Origin: Oscillospiraceae bacterium
GTDB lineage: Bacteria > Bacillota > Clostridia > Oscillospirales > Ruminococcaceae
Direction: 5' to 3'
NCBI GenBank assembly: GCA_009786985.1
Contig: WRGW01000112.1
Coordinates: forward strand, 2,330-66,329
Length of the DNA: 64,000 bases
The position numbers and the translations under genes are program-made. Below are positions 50,506 to 58,700 of the stretch, one piece after another. The notes under the pieces are model-generated. The model did not search any database, was not told where the DNA came from, and worked only from the letters and a program-made list of their open reading frames with translations. How positions within the stretch are numbered: position 1 is the first letter of the stretch; the number at the start of each line of letters is the position of its first letter.

Positions 50506-50726
50506 TTATTGAAAGTTCGGGCGTAATATCCTGGCGAGTTTGGGTGTAATACCCCCGACGCTTTGCGTTGATTATCTCGGGCGAAGTGAGAGAGGTGCAT
50601 GGCGAGTCTGTCAAGCAGGCAAGACTTCAAGTTGCCTGCTCGTTGGCAGAGCCAACGACACTTCAACTCTCGCGCTTTGCAAAGCCTGCTCTTCGAGAGC
50701 TTTGCCATGCGGTGTTACCGAACATT
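50506..50726 (+). repeat. Cassette repeat copy 3 (longest, 221 bp, nested modules)
   Basis: TTATTGAAAGTTCGGG ... TGCGGTGTTACCGAACATT with a second left end at 50536 and an inserted hairpin module at about 50622-50680. Confidence 0.9.
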
Positions 50727-50791
50727 TGAGGGATATTACAGCGTGGATAATAAATAACAAGGTTTATGAAAACTGATGGAGGTATAGAAAA

Positions 50792-50926
50792 ATGAAAAGA
50801 ACTTATCAACCGAAAAAACGCCAAAGACAAAAAGAACACGGCTTCAGAAAGAGAATGTCTACAAGAAGTGGGCGTAAAATCCTTTCTGCGAGAAGAGCTA
50901 AAGGGCGTAGAAAATTATCTTACTAA
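50792..50926 (+). CDS. rpmH: 50S ribosomal protein L34
   Basis: Own translation [44 protein letters not shown]; GGAGG RBS. Confidence 0.97.
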   Translation: MKRTYQPKKRQRQKEHGFRKRMSTRSGRKILSARRAKGRRKLSY

Positions 50927-51429
50927 TGGAGTTAATGGCGACAACACCGTTCAAACCAATAACACCAAGCATTAGTTACAAAAAGAAATACGTTTCGATT
51001 CGTAAAGCAAGTGACTTTCAGCGAATGTATAAATTAAGCAAGCAAGGTGGCATTAGAACTCAAGGCAAACAAAATAATCTCTATGCTGATAGCGGGAGTT
51101 TTGTTAGCTTTGCGTTTGTTTGCTATTACCGGAAAACCACTTTTGAGCAAAATCGGTTCGGGGTAGTTGCAAGCAAAAAGGTCGGAAACGCAATTAAACG
51201 CAATCGTGCAAAACGACTGATTCGCGAGGGGTTTCGACTTTACGAACCACGATTACGTGAGTTCACTGACAAAACATATGATTTTGTATTCGTAGCACGT
51301 GCTAAAACACCTGAATTAAACTCAACCCAAGTAGGCAAATTGATTGGAGACTTGCTTTGCAAAATCGCTCAAAATAGCAATCTTCCAAAAGGTCGCCACT
51401 CTGGTAACGAGCGGAGCGGACAAGCATGA
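50926..51429 (+). CDS. rnpA: Ribonuclease P protein component (unusually long)
   Basis: [33 protein letters not shown]; position after rpmH. Confidence 0.93.
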   Translation: MELMATTPFKPITPSISYKKKYVSIRKASDFQRMYKLSKQGGIRTQGKQNNLYADSGSFVSFAFVCYYRKTTFEQNRFGVVASKKVGNAIKRNRAKRLIREGFRLYEPRLREFTDKTYDFVFVARAKTPELNSTQVGKLIGDLLCKIAQNSNLPKGRHSGNERSGQA

Positions 51430-51653
51430 AATACGTATTTATCGGTTTGATTAAATTATATCAAGCTACCATATCTAAAATAACACCACCCGTATGCCGA
51501 TTCACTCCGAGCTGCTCTGCATACGCTGTAACAGCTTTCGGGCGTTTCGGCGTGTTCAAGGGTGGCTATTTGACTTTGCGGAGAATTTTGCGATGTCACC
51601 CGTTTAGTGAGGGTGGATATGACCCTGTTGAACAGTCGACAGTTGACGGTTGA
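51426..51653 (+). CDS. yidD: Membrane protein insertion efficiency factor
   Basis: [23 protein letters not shown]. Confidence 0.95.
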   Translation: MKYVFIGLIKLYQATISKITPPVCRFTPSCSAYAVTAFGRFGVFKGGYLTLRRILRCHPFSEGGYDPVEQSTVDG

Positions 51654-51688
51654 CTGTTTCCGACTATATTTACGTTACGGAGAATTTA

Positions 51689-53119
51689 ATGGATTTTTTG
51701 TTTAATCTACCTTTGATTACCCCTGCTTTAGGGTTTATCATGCGACTTTGTTATTCTTTGGTAGGGAATGTAGGAGTTGCGATTATTGTGTTCACAATTA
51801 TTATAAGGATTGTGATGTTCCCGCTTTCTGTGAAACAGCAGAAAAATACCTCTAAAACGCAGATTTTTGCACCACGTCTTCGCGAAATTCAACAGAAATA
51901 TCGTGGAAATACACAGATGATGCAAGCGGAAATGGCAAAGTTGCAAAAAGAGGGGTATAATCCTGCAAGTGGTTGTCTTCCGACTCTCGCTACTATGCTT
52001 ATACTCTTCGGGGTACTTGGTGTAGTTTATAGCCCGTTGACTTATTTTGAGAGAATCGATGATACACAACTTGAAGTAATTGAAAGCATAGCTATTCGAG
52101 TTGACGCTGAGGGAATTTATGCCGAACTAATCGACCAGCATATTATGGCTAACCCAGTAACTCTTGATGAACCGAGTGATGAAGATAGTGACACTGACAC
52201 CTCCGAAACTGTTCGTGAACCTATACTTTTGGAATACGAAGATATAGACGAAGAGGTGCGTGGAGAACTTCGTGCAACAGCAGCAAGCCGTGCTCAAATA
52301 CCTTTTAACCGCATTCAAAGTCAGCTTGAAATTATGCGTGTCTTCCGCGAAAATCCTGAAGCGTTTTCGGGGATTGATTCTGAATCACGTCGTAAGATGG
52401 AAATCATTCAAAGACGAATTGTTTTCGCTGGAATCGATTTTAGCGAAACACCTACACGTTCATGGCCTACGATTATGATTCCACTCTTGTCGTTTATATT
52501 TGCGGCAGGACAGACTATAATCATGCAATACGTTCAGAAAAAAACATCACCCGAAGCTGTTAAACAGATGGGTATGATGCGATATATGATGTATGGTATG
52601 CCGATTATGTCGCTTGTAATTGCGTTCCAGTTTCCAGCTGGTGCAGGTTTTTACTGGGCGATTTCTGGAGCAGTCGGAATTATTCAAAGTTTAGTGATTT
52701 TCAAAATCTGGCCACCAGACAAATTGCGTGAAGAGGTTATGGCGGCTCTGGACAGCAAGGGTGGCGACAATGTTGTTGTAATCGAAAAACATGATGGACG
52801 CAAAGTTGAGAAAAAAGCCTCACAAATGTCTGGAAAAGAAGAGAAAGAATATTATCGCAAAAAGCTAGAAGAAGCTCGAAAAGCTGATTTGAAAAAATAC
52901 GGTGAAGTCGGCGAGTTACCACCAGAAGTGAGTGAAAAGCTAGAAAAACTCGACCAATCAGAAGAACCTGAAAGTTTTGAAACGCCAATGATTGAAGTTG
53001 ATTCTGCAGTTTCTGTTGAATCACAAAATTCAGATGCCACACTAATCACCTGTAAAGACTGTGGAGCTACTAACGATAACGAACGCCAGAAATGTCGCTC
53101 ATGTGGCAAAAAACTGTAA
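51689..53119 (+). CDS. yidC: YidC/Oxa1 membrane protein insertase with large loop and C-terminal zinc ribbon
   Basis: PL..KQQK, GCLP, FPAG.GFYW; operon position; likely start ATG 51689. Confidence 0.9.
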   Translation: MDFLFNLPLITPALGFIMRLCYSLVGNVGVAIIVFTIIIRIVMFPLSVKQQKNTSKTQIFAPRLREIQQKYRGNTQMMQAEMAKLQKEGYNPASGCLPTLATMLILFGVLGVVYSPLTYFERIDDTQLEVIESIAIRVDAEGIYAELIDQHIMANPVTLDEPSDEDSDTDTSETVREPILLEYEDIDEEVRGELRATAASRAQIPFNRIQSQLEIMRVFRENPEAFSGIDSESRRKMEIIQRRIVFAGIDFSETPTRSWPTIMIPLLSFIFAAGQTIIMQYVQKKTSPEAVKQMGMMRYMMYGMPIMSLVIAFQFPAGAGFYWAISGAVGIIQSLVIFKIWPPDKLREEVMAALDSKGGDNVVVIEKHDGRKVEKKASQMSGKEEKEYYRKKLEEARKADLKKYGEVGELPPEVSEKLEKLDQSEEPESFETPMIEVDSAVSVESQNSDATLITCKDCGATNDNERQKCRSCGKKL

Positions 53120-53153
53120 ATCTGACAACATTAGAAAGGAAGCTCATACCGAT

Positions 53154-54233
53154 ATGGAGAAAAACGAAATATTTACTGCCAAAAAAATTGATGAAGCCAA
53201 AGAAATGGCGGCAAACGCATTTGATGTGCTTATATCAGACATTGATTTTGAAATAATCGAACAGCCTAAAAAAGGATTGTTTGGTGCGAAGGGTGATTTT
53301 AGGGTTCGAGCGATTTACACTCCAAAACAAACCTCTGCTAACAGTGGAATTAGTGTAACGTCGCAAACTTCGCAATCGGCTAAATTACCATCTAAGTTAA
53401 AAGCTACACCGATTACTGACCCTGATGTTCTCTCAAAATTTGCACCGACTATTGGTTATATCAAAAAAATTTTAGATGAGATTACAACTAAAAGCTATGA
53501 AGTCACTGTCAAAAAATCAGGGGATAATAACGTAATCGACATTACAGGTGATTCTTTAGGTATGGTAATTGGTAGACGTGGTGAAACGCTTGACGCACTA
53601 CAATACCTCGCAATACTCGCCAATAATCGTATTGGTGAAGAGAATGAACGCCTCCGTATCGTGGTTGACTGTAACGGCTATCGTGAAAAACGTACCGAAA
53701 CCCTCGAAGCGTTGGCGGCGAGAACTGCTGCTAAAGTAAAGTTTAAGGGTAGAAGAATTACCTTAGAACCTATGAATCCTTACGAACGCCGTGTAATCCA
53801 TAGCAAAGTTTCTGAACTCGAAGGCGTGTACAGCAATTCCATTGGTGAAGAACCGTATCGTAAAGTCGTTATTTCAGCGGAACTCCCTAAAAAACGCGCT
53901 ACTTCTGTTGGAGGTTCTGGTGGGCGTACGGCTGACGGAAAAAATGGTAACAATCGAGATAATCGTGATAGAAATCGCCGTGATTACGGACATTCGACTA
54001 GAAACGATAATGACGTAATTCCACAAAGAATCCCTGGAGAAGTTTCTAACGCAGTTCATAGTCGCTCGTACAAAAAATCGACTGGTTTTTCCACGTCGTT
54101 TGAACGAGAATATCAGCGTTCGTTGACCGAAGAAAAATCGCAAAATCTGCCTGAAGGACAGGTTTCTGAATTTTCACAAGATACGATTGATGCTGAAAAA
54201 AGTGCTACTTTGTACGGAAAGATTGAGCTGTGA
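53154..54233 (+). CDS. jag: Jag/EloR RNA-binding protein
   Basis: KKGLFG, IGRRGETLDALQYL, LEPMNPYERRVIH, GEEPYRKVVI. Confidence 0.93.
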   Translation: MEKNEIFTAKKIDEAKEMAANAFDVLISDIDFEIIEQPKKGLFGAKGDFRVRAIYTPKQTSANSGISVTSQTSQSAKLPSKLKATPITDPDVLSKFAPTIGYIKKILDEITTKSYEVTVKKSGDNNVIDITGDSLGMVIGRRGETLDALQYLAILANNRIGEENERLRIVVDCNGYREKRTETLEALAARTAAKVKFKGRRITLEPMNPYERRVIHSKVSELEGVYSNSIGEEPYRKVVISAELPKKRATSVGGSGGRTADGKNGNNRDNRDRNRRDYGHSTRNDNDVIPQRIPGEVSNAVHSRSYKKSTGFSTSFEREYQRSLTEEKSQNLPEGQVSEFSQDTIDAEKSATLYGKIEL

Positions 54234-54269
54234 ATTTAGAGAACAATCCAAAATTCGAGAGGTGAGTGT

Positions 54270-54498
54270 ATGGCAAAAATCATTACTTTTTTTCAACCAT
54301 AAGGGCAGGGTTGGTAAAGATACGCTCAATTATAATGTTGCATGGGGGTTTAGTATGCAAAATCAAAAAGTTTTGATGCTTGATGCAAAAATATTAAATA
54401 ATCACAAGCTAAATACAGACCACTATAGACAAAAAATTTTAGATTTTAAAACAGAGTACAATAAAATCATTGATGGTCTGATTATTAAATGCTCATAG
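54270..54498 (+). pseudogene. Degraded ParA/Soj-like ATPase fragment
   Basis: GAGGTG RBS, MAKIITFF then frameshift in a T7 run; shifted frame NHKGRVGKDT (decayed Walker A) ..KVLMLDA, then a premature end. Confidence 0.7.
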
Positions 54499-54507
54499 GT
54501 GAAAGCT

Positions 54508-55023
54508 ATGCCTAAACATTCAACAGTGTTCGGTAACATCGCATGGCAAAGCTCTCAAAGAGCAGGTTTTGCTTGCCTGACAGAGTCACACCTGTCGCTC
54601 TCCCGCTTCGTGCGTGAGAACCGCCCTAAAAGGCGTGGTATTCCCCCCGAACTTTTAATAGAACCAGAAAAATCAAGCCCATGTGAAATAATAGAAAAGA
54701 AATCGCGTTTTATAGGATTTGCAAAGCGAGTAGCCACCGAAGAAGAGGCAAAGGCGTTCATTGAAAAAGTGCGTTTGGAGCATCGAAAATCTCGCCATAT
54801 TGCATTTGCTTATGTGCTTTCTAATACCGCTAAAACAAATGATGATGGTGAACCTAAAGGGACTGCGGGTCTTCCGATTTATAACACAATCATTCGGCGT
54901 GAATTACAGAATGTCGTGGTAGTAGTCGTGCGATATTTTGGTGGGATTTTGCTCGGAAAAGGTGGCTTGATTCGTGCGTATGGCAGGGCGGCAGGTTTGG
55001 CACTTGAGCATTTGAGAGATTAA
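54508..55023 (+). CDS. yigZ: YigZ/IMPACT family protein with repeat-derived N-terminal insertion
   Basis: EKKSRFIG, DDGEPKGTAG, VVVVRYFGGILLGKGGLIRAY; AGGTGA RBS before ATG 54508. Confidence 0.88.
   Translation: MPKHSTVFGNIAWQSSQRAGFACLTESHLSLSRFVRENRPKRRGIPPELLIEPEKSSPCEIIEKKSRFIGFAKRVATEEEAKAFIEKVRLEHRKSRHIAFAYVLSNTAKTNDDGEPKGTAGLPIYNTIIRRELQNVVVVVVRYFGGILLGKGGLIRAYGRAAGLALEHLRD
54525..54660 (-). repeat. Cassette repeat copy 4, in frame inside yigZ
   Basis: Reverse complement TATTAAAAGTTCGGGG...GACTCTGTCAGGCAAGCAAAACCTGCTCTTTGAGAGCTTTGCCATGCGATGTTACCGAACACT aligns to copy 3. Confidence 0.9.
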
Positions 55024-55111
55024 GAACTTCTTGTTTTAATATTTGAATTGGATTTTTTTTCAAATTAATGTGATTATATTATACAAATCATTAACTTTTT
55101 TCAAAAAAGTA

Positions 55112-55205
55112 TTGACATTTACAAAAAGATATGATATAATAGCAAAGCAAGAGTGGAGCTATGCTTCGGCTTTTGCTTGACGAGTCTTAAAATTTATGAT
55201 ATAAT
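55112..55205 (+). promoter_or_regulatory. Tandem SigA-type promoters for tRNA-Gly
   Basis: TTGACA-17-TATAAT (55112-55140) and TTGACG-17-TATAAT (55177-55205). Confidence 0.75.
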
Positions 55206-55236
55206 AGTGTAGTTGAATTGCGAAAGTGATAAAACT

Positions 55237-55307
55237 GCGGGTGTAGTTCAATGGTAGAATCCCAGCCTTCCAAGCTGGTTGTGTGGGTTCGATCCCCATC
55301 ACCCGCT
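55237..55307 (+). tRNA. tRNA-Gly (TCC), CCA not encoded
   Basis: GCGGGTG acceptor pairs with CACCCGC; anticodon arm CCAGC-CTTCCAA-GCTGG; GGTTCGA T-loop. Confidence 0.96.
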
Positions 55308-55364
55308 TTAATATGAAAAAGTCCTCTTGTCTTTATATGGGAGAGAGGCAAGCAATCTTCTTTG

Positions 55365-55400
55365 AAAACGGTATGACCGAATGGGTCATACCGTTTTTTT
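55365..55400 (+). terminator. Intrinsic terminator after tRNA-Gly
   Basis: AAAACGGTATGACC / GGTCATACCGTTTT followed by T run. Confidence 0.85.
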
Positions 55401-55500
55401 GACTATAGCAGTTTAGTTGCTCTTATAGTCAATCAGTTTAATAATACTCGAGTATGGATTGTACTGTTAAAAGTAGACACAAAATAACACCTCAATTTAA

Positions 55501-55665
55501 AACCATCTGCTCTTTTTCGTTGGGCGACGAATTCAACCAATGGGCAATACCTCTCGTTTAATCGAAGTCCCTAATGGAGTTAGAACTGCTGGAGCACCTG
55601 TACAGATTTGGAACAGAGTCGCTGGCACCTCATGGCAATATTGGGAGTTTGTAAGAATAAACTGA
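55501..55665 (+). pseudogene. Remnant of a ricin-type beta-trefoil lectin repeat
   Basis: Own translation IQPMGNTSRLIEVPNGVRTAGAPVQIWNRVAGTSWQYWEFVRIN* (G..V..W.......Q.W pattern); stops upstream. Confidence 0.55.
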
Positions 55666-55853
55666 GAGCTGAAGGGGTCGTAGTGAAATTCTTACCCAAT
55701 TCGAAATCGTGCTTAATGCTTATATGATTATGCAGAGCCCTAATTGGTGTATTGGCACATATGCGCAACTGTCGCCACAGTACTGCCGTAATTTGAAAGA
55801 GTGATTGGGTATTATGAATTTGGTTATGCGGTTGGTCTCGCCTGAATTTTATT

Positions 55854-55895
55854 AGAAGCTGTGTTCATAGGGCTAAGCCTATGAACACAGCTTCT
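55854..55895. terminator. 18-bp perfect inverted repeat downstream of sigK
   Basis: AGAAGCTGTGTTCATAGG / CCTATGAACACAGCTTCT. Confidence 0.6.
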
Positions 55896-55943
55896 TACTA
55901 CTTTTTGAGGGATTATATGTCAACTATTAACAGTGCAATCCAT

Positions 55944-56657
55944 TTAACGATGGGTGAATTTTTCTCGCAATTTTTCGAGTGCTTTTTTTTCAATTCGTGA
56001 CACGTAGCTTCGTGATATACCCAAACATTTAGCCACTTCATGTTGTGTCAAAGGTTTTTCAACTTTAGGTTTGCCACCATTATTATAGAGAAGCCCATAA
56101 CGCTTACAAATTATTTGTCGTTCACGAGGATTAAGGACTTCGTTTATGTATTTATACAACATTTTTAAGTCGGCTCTTAATTCGGTAACATCTTCTATGT
56201 TCACTGGGTCTTGAAAAAAATCAATAAGGCTTATTTGATTTCCTTCTTTATCTGGAGTTGCAGTTCCATTCAGAGGGAGTTCTTTTTGTTGGTTTTTGAT
56301 TTTGCGAAAATACATTTTAATTTGATTGTCAATACATTTTCCAGCATAAGTCGAAAAATTCACATTTTTATCCGAACTAAAAGTTTCGACCGCACGAATT
56401 AAACCTATACTCCCGATTGAAATAAGGTCATCGGTATCTTTGTGAGAATAATAATGTTTGTTGACTATGTAGGCAACTAAACGGAGATTATGCTCGATTA
56501 ATTTATTTCGTGCCGAAGTATCGCCTTCTATTATTTTTGCAATACACTCGTTCTCTTCTTCTTTTGACAATTTTGGCGGAAAGGTGCTTCCACCTTCTAA
56601 ATGGAGTGCTAAATAAGCTAAGTTCTGAAACGCTAACTGAATTAATGTGGTAAACAT
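55944..56657 (-). CDS. sigK: Sporulation sigma factor pro-sigma-K, uninterrupted
   Basis: Hydrophobic pro-sequence, FP.KLS..EE, LIEHNLRLVA, DDLISIGSIGLI, TQ.EVA..LGISRSYVSRIEKKAL. Confidence 0.88.
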   Translation of the reverse strand: MFTTLIQLAFQNLAYLALHLEGGSTFPPKLSKEEENECIAKIIEGDTSARNKLIEHNLRLVAYIVNKHYYSHKDTDDLISIGSIGLIRAVETFSSDKNVNFSTYAGKCIDNQIKMYFRKIKNQQKELPLNGTATPDKEGNQISLIDFFQDPVNIEDVTELRADLKMLYKYINEVLNPRERQIICKRYGLLYNNGGKPKVEKPLTQHEVAKCLGISRSYVSRIEKKALEKLREKFTHR

Positions 56658-56703
56658 AATTACACCATACCTTTTCTTGATTTGCTCAAAAATTTATAGA
56701 AAT

Positions 56704-56835
56704 TTATTGAAAGTTCGGGTATATAGCAGTTTGACCTGCGGTGTTATAACCGTTGTTTCTGTTGTCTGTTATCAGCAGACGAGAAACAGGTACTTTTCGA
56801 GCAATACTATGCCGAACTTTAAGGGTATTTCTAAA
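56704..56835 (+). repeat. Cassette repeat copy 5 with embedded TGTTTC-GTCTG hairpin module
   Basis: TTATTGAAAGTTCGGGT...TGCGGTGTTA, then 56753-56803 module, then CCGAACTTTAAGGGTATTT. Confidence 0.8.
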
Positions 56836-57023
56836 GTATATGCGGTGTAAGTTTGTCTTGTTACAAGGGTATGTTGAATAATTGCTTGTTGTTTGATTAC
56901 GTTCCAGAAATTTTCGTGCAAACTTTGTGTTTTAGAGAGTATTTTTTAGTTATACTTAAACAGCCTTTAAGCAAAAATTATTTTGCGAAAACGCTTGTAT
57001 TTTGCTGTAAAATCTGCTATAAT

Positions 57024-57475
57024 TATGAGGATATAATTTATGATTTACCGGCAAACGCAAAAATACAACCAAAACAAGGCGACTTGCTCGTTTCAAAAGT
57101 AAGACCATATAGAGGTGCTGTTACGGTAATTAGTGAAAACATAACCGATTTAGTCGTTAGTGGTGCGTTTACTGTGCTACGTTCAAAGAATGATTATCCC
57201 GTTGAGGTGTTAGCTGTCATTTTTCGTTCAAACATTTATCGGATTGGTTTATGAAATGGAATGTCGGTAGTTCATACCCTGTTATTCGTGATGATGATGT
57301 ACTGAATATACCTATCCCGATTCTTGATAAGAAAACTCAACAACAAATCGCCGATTTAGTCCAAAGTTCGTTTGCTTTACGGCGTGAGTCGGAGCGGTTG
57401 CTTGAAACGGCAAAACGGGCGGTTGAGGTTGCGATTGAGGTGGGAGAAGAAAAAGCGATTAATGTTTTAAGTTAA
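57024..57475 (+). pseudogene. 3' fragment of a Type I restriction specificity subunit (HsdS-like), frameshifted
   Basis: DLPANAKI..GDLLVSKVRPYRG, SGAFTVLR; frameshift near 57243; then KWNVGSSYPVI, IPIPIL....QQQIADLV; no 5' part. Confidence 0.75.
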
Positions 57476-57506
57476 GCTACTATACCGAACATTTCAGGGT
57501 ATTTTT

Positions 57507-57561
57507 AAAACACATAACTATAGGGAGTGGCAAATCGCCACTCCCTATAGTTATGTGTTTT
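57507..57561. terminator. 25-bp perfect hairpin between convergent genes
   Basis: AAAACACATAACTATAGGGAGTGGC-AAATC-GCCACTCCCTATAGTTATGTGTTTT. Confidence 0.7.
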
Positions 57562-57571
57562 TGTTGACGAC

Positions 57572-58312
57572 TTAAACGATTTTAGCAATTAGCTGGATTG
57601 TATTGTAATACTTTCCACCTTCTGCTTTCATCATGTCTAAATCCCATTTATGCTCTTCGTTGTTTGGGTCGCGACTGTTAAGATACTCTTCCCAAGCGAT
57701 GTTGTGGCAAGTTTGTTCGCTGATGTTTATGATTTCTACGCCTTTGGCTTTGCTCCACAACTCACGCCACCAGTCAATACCACGGACGTATTTTGCCACT
57801 TCTGGAACGTTCCAGAATGGTTGCATTTCCAGCGGAACGTTTTCTCCAAAATCAGCTTTTAATCCTGGGAACGAAACTGCGATATAACCGCCTTTTTTTA
57901 CATAAGTCGCAATGTTCGTGAGTGAATCTTCATGAATTCCGAACATATTATACGCACCTACTGAAAAGGCAACATCAAAATACCCTTTCGCAAACGGCAT
58001 AGATTGTGTTACGTCAAGCGTCATCGGAATGATTTTGTCTGCAATTCCTATAGTTTTGAAACGCTCGTGATTTTCTGTCGGGTCTGCGTATAAATCAGTA
58101 GCGAAGACATTAGCATCATGTGCTTTAACTAAATACAAAGCCGATAAACCAGTGCCACACCCTAAATCGAGTATTTTTGTATTCCCCGTAATTTCCAGGT
58201 GCGATGCTAATTCCTCAGACTGTCGTATACCGTTTGGACCCCACATTAGTTCATTTAACAATGCAAGGTTGTTTTCGTCGGCGACGAACTTGTTTGAAAA
58301 TGTGTTACACAT
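57572..58312 (-). CDS. Class I SAM-dependent methyltransferase
   Basis: LMWGPN, ILDLGCGTGLS, FD..FSVGAY, KGGYIAV. Confidence 0.88.
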   Translation of the reverse strand: MCNTFSNKFVADENNLALLNELMWGPNGIRQSEELASHLEITGNTKILDLGCGTGLSALYLVKAHDANVFATDLYADPTENHERFKTIGIADKIIPMTLDVTQSMPFAKGYFDVAFSVGAYNMFGIHEDSLTNIATYVKKGGYIAVSFPGLKADFGENVPLEMQPFWNVPEVAKYVRGIDWWRELWSKAKGVEIINISEQTCHNIAWEEYLNSRDPNNEEHKWDLDMMKAEGGKYYNTIQLIAKIV

Positions 58313-58477
58313 TATTTTTTTCCTCCGTTAAAGTTAAGTTTGCCTTGAAAGGGCTTAAATAACTGTGGGAGGTTTTAACACAAGATTATTTTATGCAAAC
58401 CTCCCGGTTTGCTACTATCTGTGTTTTATTGTTTTTACGCATAAAAATCTCCTTTCCTCTTTATTATACTTTAAGAT

Positions 58478-58611
58478 TCGTCAAGCCGACTGCCGTCAAG
58501 CAAAGCTCGCCGCACCACGGCTCTTGTTTTACCTGCGTCAAACGGCTCAAAACCTGAACCGCCATTTGCCGCTTCGTCAGGCTCCCTGCTCACCGGCAGA
58601 GCCGGTGACAC
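58478..58611. repeat. Mosaic of repeat modules immediately 3' of the tRNA
   Basis: 58586-58611 CTGCTCACCGGCAGAGCCGGTGACAC covaries with 50636-50661; 58478-58529 resembles 27342-27375 and 55143-55183 on the opposite strand. Confidence 0.7.
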
Positions 58612-58616
58612 TTACC

Positions 58617-58690
58617 TGCACCATCAGGGACTCGAACCCCGGACCTACCGGTTATGAGCCGGTAGCTCTAACCAACTGAGCTAATGGTGC
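58617..58690 (-). tRNA. tRNA with CAT anticodon, probably tRNA-Ile2 (lysidine type) rather than Met
   Basis: GCACCAT/ATGGTGC acceptor, ACCGG-CTCATAA-CCGGT arm, GGTTCGAG; C4:G69 and CTCATAA loop resemble Firmicute Ile2. Confidence 0.9.
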
Positions 58691-58700
58691 AATACAAAAG

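Noticed and set aside
56853-57023. N-terminal part of the 133-aa ORF as a real protein start
   Set aside because: AT-rich promoter-like DNA; HsdS similarity begins only near 57040.
55237-58690. Integrated island between the two tRNAs
   Set aside because: No integrase, no duplicated tRNA 3' end, and a core gene (sigK) lies inside.
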